From: Candidatus Thorarchaeota archaeon
GTDB lineage: Archaea; Asgardarchaeota; Thorarchaeia; Thorarchaeales; Thorarchaeaceae
Assembly: GCA_046758445.1 (NCBI GenBank)
Contig: JBHIAE010000033.1
Location: forward strand, 1-30,810
Direction: 5' to 3'
Length of the DNA: 30,810 nt
Each line of letters starts with the position of its first letter. Within the stretch, counting starts at the first letter, position 1. A program made the position numbers and the translations under genes. The notes beneath the pieces are model-generated. The model had not been told where the DNA came from and searched no databases. It saw only the letters and a program-made list of their open reading frames with translations. This document shows, piece by piece, positions 18,456-28,400 of this stretch.

Positions 18456-19336
18456 GCGGCAAGATACTTGTGAACGAGGAGGTAGTACCTAATGTTCGAC
18501 ACCTTGTGCTTGAAGCCCCCGTCATAGCCCGGCGTGCCAAGGCCGGACAGTTCGTCATGGTCATTCCGGACTCGGTTGGAGAGAGGGTTCCCTTTACACT
18601 ATCTGACTGGAACCTCGAAGAAGGCACCATCACGATATTCTACCTAGAAGCGGGTGTTTCAACCATGAAACTCGCGAGGCTGAATGCAGGTGATAGTGTG
18701 CACACTGTTGTCGGGCCGCTTGGCAGACCAACGAAGATTGACAGGGTCGGAACAGTCCTTCTTGGTGGAGGGTGTTACGGACTGGGTGCGATTTATCCGC
18801 TAGCCAGAGCCTTCAAAGAAGCAGAGAACCGTGTCATTGCCCTTCTGGAGGCACGAACATCATACATAGTGTACAATGAGGAGAGTCTACGAGAGGTAGT
18901 TGATGATCTATATGTTGCAACAGCAGACGGTTCGCGCGGCATCAAGGGACACATTCCTGAGGCGCTTCCTCACATTCTTGAGAAGGAAGGAAAGATTGAC
19001 CATGCTCACTTTGTTGGCTGCACCTACATGATGATGATATCATGCAATGGTACCAAGCCCTACGAGATACCGACGATAGCCAGCCTGAACACGTTGATGG
19101 TAGACGGAACTGGAATGTGTGGCGTATGCCGTGTTGAGGTTGGTGGATTGACGAAGTTTGCATGCGTCGATGGTCCCGACTTTGACGGCCACCAAGTAAA
19201 CTGGGACTTGGTCTTCGCAAGGAAGAGCGCTTACGTGGTCGAGGAGAATCTCGCGTATCAGTTCCACAAGTGTCGGAATGACGGAGCTGTATTCCAAGCC
19301 TCAGGAACTCAGCCGTCCGAGAAGGAGGTGGCCTGA
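18452..19336 (+). CDS. nfnA: NfnA/SudB-like FAD/NAD-binding [2Fe-2S] subunit
   Basis: AGQFVMV..GERVPFT, VGPLG, DGTGMCGVCR, CVDGPDFD. ATGA overlap with the upstream gene. Confidence 0.88.
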   Translation: MSGKILVNEEVVPNVRHLVLEAPVIARRAKAGQFVMVIPDSVGERVPFTLSDWNLEEGTITIFYLEAGVSTMKLARLNAGDSVHTVVGPLGRPTKIDRVGTVLLGGGCYGLGAIYPLARAFKEAENRVIALLEARTSYIVYNEESLREVVDDLYVATADGSRGIKGHIPEALPHILEKEGKIDHAHFVGCTYMMMISCNGTKPYEIPTIASLNTLMVDGTGMCGVCRVEVGGLTKFACVDGPDFDGHQVNWDLVFARKSAYVVEENLAYQFHKCRNDGAVFQASGTQPSEKEVA

Positions 19337-20785
19337 ATGACAGAGAAGGCGAAAGCGCTCACTCCCAAGGATAGAATGGCCATCCCGAGGTCCAAGATGC
19401 CTGAACAGCATCCTGATGCGCGTGCGGTGAATTTCGAGGAAGTTCCACTGGGACTCACTCCTGAACAAGCGATGAGAGAGGCCCAGAGATGCCTCAGTTG
19501 TAGAAAGGAGCCTTGTGTTTCTGGGTGTCCTGTAGGAGTACAGGTCCCCGAGTTCATAGCATTGGTGGGCGAGGGCAAATTCGTTGAAGCTGCTAGGCTG
19601 ATTAAAGAGACCAATGTTCTTCCAGCAGTCACTGGTCGCGTGTGCCCACAAGAAACGCAGTGCGAAGGTGACTGCACGTTGTTCAAGAAGTATGGTGGAG
19701 TATCCATTGGTGCCCTGGAACGATTTGTGGCGGACTATGAGAGAGAGAACAATCTCGTCAAGATTCCAAAGAAGCCTAAGCAGACTGGCAAGAAGGTTGC
19801 CGTAATCGGATCTGGACCGTCCGGTCTCACAGTGGCTGGTGATCTAATCCTCTTGGGTCACAGTGTGACTGTATTTGAAGCACTCCACGAGGCAGGTGGA
19901 GTTCTCGTGTACGGAATTCCAGAGTTCCGACTTCCGAAGGACATTGTGGCGGCAGAAGTAGACTACCTCGTGAAGCAGGGAGTCAAGTTCGAGATGAATG
20001 TTGTAGTTGGAATGACTATAACAATGGAAGAACTGCTTGAGGATTACGACGCAGTCTACATAGGAGTCGGCGCGGGACTCCCATGGTTCATGAGAATTGA
20101 GGGAGAGGATCTAAACGGAGTACTCTCGGCAAACGAATACCTGACAAGGTCTAACTTGATGAAGGGCTATCTGTTTCCTGAATATGACTCTCCTTTGCCA
20201 CCTGGGAACCAGGTTTGCGTGGTGGGTGGTGGCAATGTTGCAATGGATTCTGCAAGAACTGCGAAGCGCCTTGGCGCCGAGGTTACGATTGTCTACAGAC
20301 GTGCCAGGGAGCAAATGCCAGCCAGAGCAGAGGAGGTTCACCATGCAGACGAGGAGGGAATCATCTTCCAGTTGCTCACTAATCCCATGAAGATACTTGG
20401 TGATGAGGGAAAGGTGACAGGCATGGAGTGCATCAGGATGGAGCTAGGCGAGCCTGATGACAGTGGCAGACGTCGGCCTATTCCCATTGAAGGCTCCAAT
20501 TTCAAGATTGAGTGTGACCAAGTTATCATATCGATAGGTGCAGGGGCCAATCCCCTCTTGACAAAGACCATACCCAAGCTCAAACTTAGCAAGTGGGGAT
20601 ATATCGAGGTCGACAAAAACAACCGAACAAGCATCGAACAGGTCTGGGCAGGTGGCGACATCGTGACTGGATCGGCCACTGTGATTGAGGCCATGGGGGC
20701 CGGAAGAATAGCTGCCAGGTCAATTCATGCTTACTTGATGGGACTCCCACAGCCCGAGTCAGTAGAAGACCAGCCGGAGTCCTGA
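19337..20785 (+). CDS. nfnB: NfnB/SudA-like (GltD-family) NADPH-binding flavoprotein subunit
   Basis: NFEEV..EAQRCLSC..PCVSGCP, GRVCPQETQC, GSGPSG, YGIPEFRLP, GGGNVAMD, YRR, AGGDIVTG. Directly abuts nfnA. Confidence 0.9.
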   Translation: MTEKAKALTPKDRMAIPRSKMPEQHPDARAVNFEEVPLGLTPEQAMREAQRCLSCRKEPCVSGCPVGVQVPEFIALVGEGKFVEAARLIKETNVLPAVTGRVCPQETQCEGDCTLFKKYGGVSIGALERFVADYERENNLVKIPKKPKQTGKKVAVIGSGPSGLTVAGDLILLGHSVTVFEALHEAGGVLVYGIPEFRLPKDIVAAEVDYLVKQGVKFEMNVVVGMTITMEELLEDYDAVYIGVGAGLPWFMRIEGEDLNGVLSANEYLTRSNLMKGYLFPEYDSPLPPGNQVCVVGGGNVAMDSARTAKRLGAEVTIVYRRAREQMPARAEEVHHADEEGIIFQLLTNPMKILGDEGKVTGMECIRMELGEPDDSGRRRPIPIEGSNFKIECDQVIISIGAGANPLLTKTIPKLKLSKWGYIEVDKNNRTSIEQVWAGGDIVTGSATVIEAMGAGRIAARSIHAYLMGLPQPESVEDQPES

Positions 20786-20808
20786 TGGCCCGGAAAGAAA
20801 TCATACGC

Positions 20809-22539
20809 CTAAGGGCCATACAAACCTCGAACCTCTCTAACGACAAGACCAGGTAGATCCTCCACAGTGTCCACCGGGATTCTCGTTGCTCCGGCTCTAG
20901 CCAGGGCTCTCTCGACCTTGTTACTCAGGCCATAGTACTGCGAGCCAATATGAAAGATGATGAACTTGTGTCCACGTTTCGTTATCTCAGAGATCGACTT
21001 CACGAAACGGTCCCAGTTGGCAATCTCGGCGTCAGTTACCATGATAATCATGACATTGGACTCAGCGGCGTCGCACTTCTCGCGCATCTTCTTTGTGGGA
21101 GCCTGCGTTCCACCCCCCTGATAAGCGAGCAGAACTCTCTCAATTGTGGCTCTCTCTCTTGACCAATCGCACTCACGAGTCCCGTCGGAGAAGTTTATGG
21201 CGGCAACCCTGCAACCCTTACGAAGGACTAGATCCATCGCCGCAAAAGCGGACAAAAGTGCGGTGTGATAGGGCCCGGATACTCGTTTGGAGCTCATGGA
21301 CCAAGTCATGGAACCACTTGAATCAATCACAAGTAGCATGTCAGGGAGTGATTCTAGGTCCGAGTCAGTGGAAGTCTGTGTTCTTAGCCATCTCCGGGTG
21401 GACATGTTTGGCACAAGTATTGGGAATGCTTGCAGGCTCTGTACAATGTCGAGCTCTTCTACAGGGTCCCCCAGTCTCCATGTCTGCAGGCTCAAAGGGA
21501 GCTCTCCAACCTTCTTCCTATCACGCACTTCAATCCGGAGAAGTCCTCGAACTTTCGCTCTATACCAGAAGCGGGTCCAGTCTTTTGTCTTTGACCCGAT
21601 ACCTGCTATGAGATAGACACCTTCTAACTCCTTTGGGTCTCCACCACGCCGCTCGACTTCAATAGCTATCCGCTCCATGTCGCGTTCGATGTCGTGTTCA
21701 TCACCGCCATCCATGCACCTACGAGCCATGTCACCATTTCTTATCTCAACAGGATTGCCCATTACAGCGTCCACATCAAGGGGAACTTGAATTACACCGT
21801 TTTCGTCAAAAGCCGAGTTGGCGCCACCCGACAGAGAGACACCTCCACAACCTGCCAAGGATTCTTCTGCTTCGGGTTGCCATTCTGCCATGATCTTGGC
21901 TATCGCCTCTACTGCTCTGGGCCATTTACTCTCCGCGTCAATGTGTTTTCGTGAGACGGCCACAATGGCTTCTGCTGCCTCATAGGTTCGTTCATCCACC
22001 TTCACTGAGGTTGGGAGAGAGAATCCCCACATTGCTCGATAGCACGATACAATGAGATTCCAGAGCATACTGTGAGCTTGCCCCATCATTGCAGAACCGA
22101 ATATGTTGGCTGTGATACGGTCATGAGTGACACGGGGGTATCTCTTGAGCAAGGCAGAGTCCACCACGACGTCTGCAAAGAGATTGCATACGAACATTGC
22201 CGTTGCATCACTAACATGCCGACGTGCGGCTGCGAACATCATCCCGTTAGTCACCGCGTCGTAAGGGCAGATGAGATAATGCTGCATCTCATGTTGACAC
22301 ACAGACCGTAGGAACGGCTCTGTTTCGCTCATGTCAAGATGAGGAGGGACTCCCGCAGTGTTGAGATGCACCGTCCAGTCATCGGTGTCGATGTAGAAGT
22401 AGCTGCTAGCTCCTTCCTTATGCTCAACGACAACGTCTGGAAGTGGTGGGTGATAGAAGTCAGCCAAAGCCTGAATCCAAGCCCTGTTGGCCGCCTCTCC
22501 GAGTTGGGAGCTTCTGTGGGAATCTGAAACCATTCTCAT
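20809..22539 (-). CDS. VWA domain protein with N-terminal HExxH metallopeptidase-like domain
   Basis: QHEMQHY followed by NLFADVVVD. C-terminal MIDAS elements IDSSGSM, GGGT and MVTDAE. Confidence 0.85.
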   Translation of the reverse strand: MRMVSDSHRSSQLGEAANRAWIQALADFYHPPLPDVVVEHKEGASSYFYIDTDDWTVHLNTAGVPPHLDMSETEPFLRSVCQHEMQHYLICPYDAVTNGMMFAAARRHVSDATAMFVCNLFADVVVDSALLKRYPRVTHDRITANIFGSAMMGQAHSMLWNLIVSCYRAMWGFSLPTSVKVDERTYEAAEAIVAVSRKHIDAESKWPRAVEAIAKIMAEWQPEAEESLAGCGGVSLSGGANSAFDENGVIQVPLDVDAVMGNPVEIRNGDMARRCMDGGDEHDIERDMERIAIEVERRGGDPKELEGVYLIAGIGSKTKDWTRFWYRAKVRGLLRIEVRDRKKVGELPLSLQTWRLGDPVEELDIVQSLQAFPILVPNMSTRRWLRTQTSTDSDLESLPDMLLVIDSSGSMTWSMSSKRVSGPYHTALLSAFAAMDLVLRKGCRVAAINFSDGTRECDWSRERATIERVLLAYQGGGTQAPTKKMREKCDAAESNVMIIMVTDAEIANWDRFVKSISEITKRGHKFIIFHIGSQYYGLSNKVERALARAGATRIPVDTVEDLPGLVVREVRGLYGP

Positions 22540-22551
22540 CTACTGACTCAC

Positions 22552-24264
22552 CTATTCTCGAAGATTAGCCTCAATCTCTTGTCGTACCTCAACAGCCTCG
22601 GTTCCTCCAGATATCTCAAGGAAGACAGAAGAGTCAGGAGAGTCACCTGTGACATAGATAACCAACGTTAGACCATTTGTCCTCACGACTTTTCGTTTTG
22701 GAGGCTCCAGCGTTTCCTTGAGGATTCCGGTCATCTTCGGGAACCTGAGACTGATAATGGTCCAGAGCTCCTTCCACTGCTCAAAGGTCAAGTTGAACTG
22801 AGACAATGTTAGTCTGTGGAGGGCCTCCGAAACTCTGTTGAGCAGGACACTTCTGTTCGGAAATTCAGTGTCCTTCATGAGATCATTGTGGACCTCAGTA
22901 AGTTTCTCCACGTCACGGTTTGCGACTCCCTTGTCAATGGCCTGAACTACTCTAACATACCGTTTCTTCTTTAGCTCCTTTGCAAACTCGACATAGTCAA
23001 TCTTCACGAGAAGATCGCTCTTCGCCATCTCTTTGAGTTCGTCGATGGCGTCCTTTGGAGCTGCTCCCTTTCGAAGCCTGTCCATCAGACCTATGGCTGC
23101 TTCTCGCTGTGCAAAGCGAGCCGACGCAAGCTCTACGAGATGCTGTGTGAAGACGAATCTGTCACCATAGAAAGGCGACCGTTCAATCTCATCGTTTGTG
23201 AACCTTGTTCTATGCCAAAACACAAGAGGTGCTAAGGACTTGACGAGCTCGACACTGACCTCGCTTGTCCCAACGAGCCACGCAGCGGCCTTGCAATATC
23301 GATTCAAGTCCTTTGCGGCTCGGACACTTAGAGGAAGAACAACCTTGTTGCATACACTCTTTGCCGTATTGAAATGGCATCCATCGCATAGACCTGACTC
23401 TACTGTAAGCTCGTGTGACTGACTCTTGTCTACCCTAATGCAAGCTCCGAATTCTCTGACAAGCGAACGCATGTACTCTGAGGCTGCAGGTGAAACTGGT
23501 TTCTTGTCTGCCAGGTTCCAAATCGTCAGAAGGTCTTCCTCGCTCATTAGGGCCGGCACTTGCCACAACTCGTCATAGCCGAACAGGCGTTCGTCTCTTG
23601 ACGCCAATACCAACTCAAGGTCACTAATTGTCGGCATGGTGATTGGGACTGCTACACCAAATCTGTCGAGAAACGGGGGAGCCATTTCGAAGGTGCCAGC
23701 ATCAGAGGGGTTGAGGGTCGCAAATAGACAATACTCTTCGCATCTCTTGACCTCGTCGTAGTACTTTAGCTCCCCTTCAGCGAGCATTGAGAGTAGAATA
23801 TTCTGTGCATGAGGAGTGAGTCTATTGATCTCGTCCAAGATCTTCCAGAAGCCCGTGACGAACTTTCTCCATACCACGACCTCCACACCTTCCTTCATGA
23901 GTGGGCCCGGTCGAAGAGTCGCAACCATTTTCTCCTCAGTGAGTTGAGGATGCCCTCTCAGCATTCCATCTTCAATCTCATGCAGACTTCTACCGGTCAT
24001 CATTCTACCTAATAGCTTGACCAGTGTGGTCTTTCCTCCGCCATGACCACCAATGAGAAGCATAGCTGAGCGGGGCACGAGTGCATTGAGGACGCATGCT
24101 CCTATGATCAGAGGAAGGCGTTTTGCCATCACTTTGTCCTTGGACTTGACTGGTTCTTTGAACCTTATTGCCAAATCCGTGGAATGAACAAAGAGACCTC
24201 TGCTCTCTACAGTCGTTATGACATTCCATACGCGCTCACGAAGGCTGTCTGCAGGTTTGCTCAT
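22552..24264 (-). CDS. MoxR-type AAA+ ATPase
   Basis: Walker A GGHGGGKTT, Walker B ILDEINR, ATLNP and FLDRF, immediately upstream of the VWA gene. Confidence 0.88.
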   Translation of the reverse strand: MSKPADSLRERVWNVITTVESRGLFVHSTDLAIRFKEPVKSKDKVMAKRLPLIIGACVLNALVPRSAMLLIGGHGGGKTTLVKLLGRMMTGRSLHEIEDGMLRGHPQLTEEKMVATLRPGPLMKEGVEVVVWRKFVTGFWKILDEINRLTPHAQNILLSMLAEGELKYYDEVKRCEEYCLFATLNPSDAGTFEMAPPFLDRFGVAVPITMPTISDLELVLASRDERLFGYDELWQVPALMSEEDLLTIWNLADKKPVSPAASEYMRSLVREFGACIRVDKSQSHELTVESGLCDGCHFNTAKSVCNKVVLPLSVRAAKDLNRYCKAAAWLVGTSEVSVELVKSLAPLVFWHRTRFTNDEIERSPFYGDRFVFTQHLVELASARFAQREAAIGLMDRLRKGAAPKDAIDELKEMAKSDLLVKIDYVEFAKELKKKRYVRVVQAIDKGVANRDVEKLTEVHNDLMKDTEFPNRSVLLNRVSEALHRLTLSQFNLTFEQWKELWTIISLRFPKMTGILKETLEPPKRKVVRTNGLTLVIYVTGDSPDSSVFLEISGGTEAVEVRQEIEANLRE

Positions 24265-24338
24265 TGGGAATCAAGTTCATGCAAAAGGGATATGCCTTAA
24301 CACTTGTGCAAAGACTGGGCAGGGAGGCGCGGAATCTT

Positions 24339-25475
24339 GTGACCTTCGAAGACATAATATGTACAAATGATTTGGACGGAGTGGCCAAGACGGTGGGTAA
24401 CACTGTGGGTGAAGAAGAGACCTACACGGATACTGTGCTTCTTGTCACTCCTGAGGAGATGCCAAGAGAACGAATCAGTCAATACTCCGTAGAGGAACAT
24501 GCCAAAGAGTTCTACAGAAGTCTACTCCGATTCAAAGAGGTGAAGGACCAACTGGCCGACACGGGCATAGAGTTCGGCGGCCGTGTCTTACTGATCGGCT
24601 GCGTTGGAAGTGACTTTGAGGCCTTCGTACATCTTTTGGCTCGCGAAACGCCCCTAAACGTAGTTCGCATTCGATTGGAGCGTTTGCTGAGCATATCACG
24701 AACGGCTGCCGATTCCATGGGCATGCTATTTGAGTTCGCGAGAAGAAATGCACCCAGCATTCTATACTTGGAAAGGCTTGAGAGTCTGGCAGAACCGAAT
24801 TCACAAGAGTCTGTCATACTCTCTTTGGAGCTGCAGAAGACCACCTGGGATGAAGATGAGGTGATTGTGATTGCCTCGACATCGAAACCCGACCAAGTAG
24901 ACGTAGAAACACTTTCGGCTTTTGATAGAACATACGTTTCCGAGTCCACAACAATCGAAGACAGAATCCGCATGCTGGAATCCGTGTTGGGGGGACGAAA
25001 GGACCTGGATCCTACAACTATTGCAGAACTAACAGAAGGCTGGAGCTTCCAAGAGATGAAGCATCTTGCAGTCATTCTAGTCATGACAGAGGCCAGCAAG
25101 GAGGAGCAAGTATCCCGAGAGAAAATGGAGGAGACTATCGAGAACAGCATGGTAGTCCCAGCGTCAAGGAAACGGGCCTTGGGCCACCTCATTTCCCGGG
25201 TCGAAGGGCGGCAGCCGCCCGGATTGGATGCCACAGAACGAGTCTATCCGGATGACTTCTTGGACCAACTCTACCTCATGGCAGTCGGGGACGACTATCA
25301 ACAGACTCAGAGAGTGATTGAAACGCTGAACTCTGGTCTCCCTCTCTCTGTCCAGGATTACGAATTCCTAGGCAATTACCCCTTCCTGCTGAAGGGTTCT
25401 CCCGAGGATCGACTTACAAGATTGTTGAGGGCGAAGAAGAGCAATGATAGATTGCGTAGAATAATGGGGAGATAG
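24339..25475 (+). CDS. Degenerate (probably inactive) classical AAA+ ATPase-like protein
   Basis: The scaffold VTFEDI, VLLIG, LFEFARRNAPSILYL, VIVIAST.KPD.VD, FDR, R.RML, IAELTEGWS is of CDC48/Vps4/FtsH type, but the Walker motifs are altered. GTG 24339 after GGAGG is preferred over 24264. Confidence 0.8.
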   Translation: MTFEDIICTNDLDGVAKTVGNTVGEEETYTDTVLLVTPEEMPRERISQYSVEEHAKEFYRSLLRFKEVKDQLADTGIEFGGRVLLIGCVGSDFEAFVHLLARETPLNVVRIRLERLLSISRTAADSMGMLFEFARRNAPSILYLERLESLAEPNSQESVILSLELQKTTWDEDEVIVIASTSKPDQVDVETLSAFDRTYVSESTTIEDRIRMLESVLGGRKDLDPTTIAELTEGWSFQEMKHLAVILVMTEASKEEQVSREKMEETIENSMVVPASRKRALGHLISRVEGRQPPGLDATERVYPDDFLDQLYLMAVGDDYQQTQRVIETLNSGLPLSVQDYEFLGNYPFLLKGSPEDRLTRLLRAKKSNDRLRRIMGR

Positions 25476-25489
25476 TTGGTGGTGGAAGG

Positions 25490-28400
25490 GTGAGCACGTC
25501 AAGGGCCCATATCGACTCGGTTCGACTGAAGAACTTCCTCTCATTCTATGAAGGAACCGTTCAGTTCGACTCCGGACTCACCGTCATTATTGGACCAAAT
25601 GGTTCCGGGAAGACATCGATCTTCCATGCCATGAAATTCGCCCTTGGCTCAAATCAGAGAGAGGCTCGCTATCCGAAATGGAGTGATTTCATCCGCCACG
25701 GAGCTGCGGGTGCAGAGGTCGAGCTCACTGTTTCAAATGACGGGAGCATACACCGTTTCTTGAGAAGGATAGACAGGGATGGCATTCCTCGAGCTTTTGT
25801 AGATGGAAGGCGAGTAAAGGCTGCAGAACTCAGACGACTTGTGAGCTCCCTTGGATTGGACATTGATAACACCTTGGTCTTCATGCCACAAGAACGAATC
25901 AATGCTCTTCGGGATATGAACCCAGTCGAAGTACGCAGGCTCGTTGAGGAGGGCACGGGCCTGAGTGAGATACGAGACCGCATCTCCATCCAAGAAGCTG
26001 AAGTACTGATTAGTCAACAGAAGCTAAGAGAGGCACTTGATGAATCGAGAGTAGTCGAAAGGGAGATTGATCTGCTCAGACACGATCTTGACCGCCTCAA
26101 GAAGAAGAGAGAGCTCCAGAAACAGGAGAGTCGCCTGGCCATTGAAGTCAAGTGGGCCACTCTCGATGAAGTTCACAGGCGCATCAAGGAAGTCAGGAAG
26201 ACCATTGAAGAGAAGGAATCAGGTCTGGTAAGCATTCTCGATGAGCAGAAGTCGTTAGAGGACCAAAGAAAGGAACATGTGCAAAAAACCTCGACTCTTG
26301 AATCTAGATTGGGCCAAGTCCAAAGAGAAATCGGATCAATAGAAGAAAGGATTGAACAAGAGAAACGGCGAGCTCAGAAGTTGCAGGATGAGAGCAGTAG
26401 TACTCTACAAGAGATTGACCAGCTTAGCCTGGAATTGAAGAAAGAAAAGCAGCTGAAGGTGAAAGCCAAAGAAGACCTTGAGAACGCGATAGCAGCTAAA
26501 GAGGACTTACTTCAGAAGCAGAAGGAGATTCAGGCTGATATCGTGAACAATGAGTCAGAAAGAGATGAGGTTGAGGACGTACTTACTGCTTTTGCCGACT
26601 GGAATGTCAAACGAACAGATGCCTACGTTTCATACAAGTCGCTTCAAAATGAGGTTGAGAAGAAAGACGTCCTGTTAAGAAGTCTGAAGGAGCGACTCTC
26701 AACCGAGGAGGCAGAACTGCAAAGCATTGACAGTAAGTGGTCCCACGTCTGGGAGGCAATGGAGAAGACGAATGAGAAGGAGTTGGCTTTAAGAAAAGGA
26801 CAGCTTGAGAGAGAGATTTCTTCCCTGAATGAGATAAGGTTTAGAGAAACCAGTCTAGTGTCCCGACTTGAAAAGGAAATAGACGACATCAAAGCAAGAC
26901 TCTCAGAAACTTCTGAGAGGATTCCCGCTTCAGTGAGAGAACTGAAGACCTCCATCGATGAACATGAGATGAAGTCCGTATTCGGGCCTGTCTTGGAACT
27001 ATTGACAGTTTCCGAAGAATTGTCTCATGCTGTTGAAGCAGTGTTGCCTCATGGCATGGCCTTTGCTTTCATCGTTCGTGATGAGAACGACCTTGTTTTG
27101 ACGCAGAAGCTGAGGGATAAAGTGGATGCTCCATCTCCCATAATCATGCTTCGCGAGATTGAAGAAAGGATTCCCCGAAAGGAACTGCCCAGTGGACGAG
27201 GTGTAGAGGGCTGGTTGTGGGACACGCTCTCCTTGGACGCCGAAACGAGATCTCTCCTTTCTATGGCCTTCGGAGATTTGGTTCTGACAAGGACAAGCAG
27301 AACAGCTAGTCGTGTAGCGACACGTTATGGTCTTGGAGCAGTATCACTCGATGGTTCATTTGTAGTCCCTGAAACAAACAGGATAGTAAGCTTCCCAAAA
27401 CACGAATCTACAGGCCTCGTGTCCACTGCTCCGCTTCAGACAAGGCTTGCCGAGCTCGAGAGGGATATGGTTCTGGCCCGTAAGAGAACCACCGAAGTGA
27501 TGGCGAAGCTGGACAAGACAACTGGTGAACGAGAAGGAATCATAGAGCTTCTTGCTCAGGCAACGAGATGGAGTAGCACCTGGGAACGCAGAAAGAAACT
27601 CCTTGAAAGCATCCCTGAAATCGAGGAGAGAATTCTTGGCCTCGATGATGAACTAAGGGGCCTGCAAGCGAACTTGGGAAATGCCCAAAGACAGCTTAGG
27701 AAGCTGGATAGCACGCAGCCCCCAGAGAGAAGCAGGCTAGTTGGTCAACGCTCCGCAATACGACTCAAGATTCGAAGACTCCAGGGAGACCTAGGGAAAG
27801 TACAGAGCAGTCTCCGGGATACTGAACAGGCCGAGGAAAAAGGGAGAGGTGAACTCAGGCAGCACGTTGATCATATTGGAATGCTCTCTAACCGGACAAA
27901 AGAACTGAGAGAGGAATTGAAGACATCAAAAAGCGAATCTGCGTCCATAGCAGAATCCATTGGGATATTGAACGACGGCATTGTTGAAACGCAGGCAATT
28001 CAGTCGAAGATACGGGAGGAACTTGCCAGCATCAACGAAGTCGTCCGCTCCATCGGTGAGCGCCTAGTTGAGCTCAGTCTTGTGATCAAGGATAGCAAGC
28101 TCCAAGTCCTTCAGGCGAGAAAACGCTTACGCAACTTAGAGGAAGAGCAGGAACAATTGACGAAGGACCTAGAGGCTGAAGAGAGGCCCCAAATCGTACG
28201 ACCCCTCGAAACTGGCATGGCGGATTTGATACGCGTTCGACATCTACTCGACGACTATCAGGATGTTTCTGAAAGCGTTGCCCACACCGAGTCGCAGCTG
28301 AAGAGCCGTCTGGGTGAGCTGACTGCGCGTGTAGGAGATCTGGAAAAGGAGCTCCAAGAAGCAGAGGCAACCGTGAAGCATATTCGGGAACAGTACCATA

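Noticed and set aside
19337-20785. Glutamate synthase small subunit
   Set aside because: No GltB is nearby and the gene is coupled to an NfnA-type gene, which fits NfnAB/SudAB.
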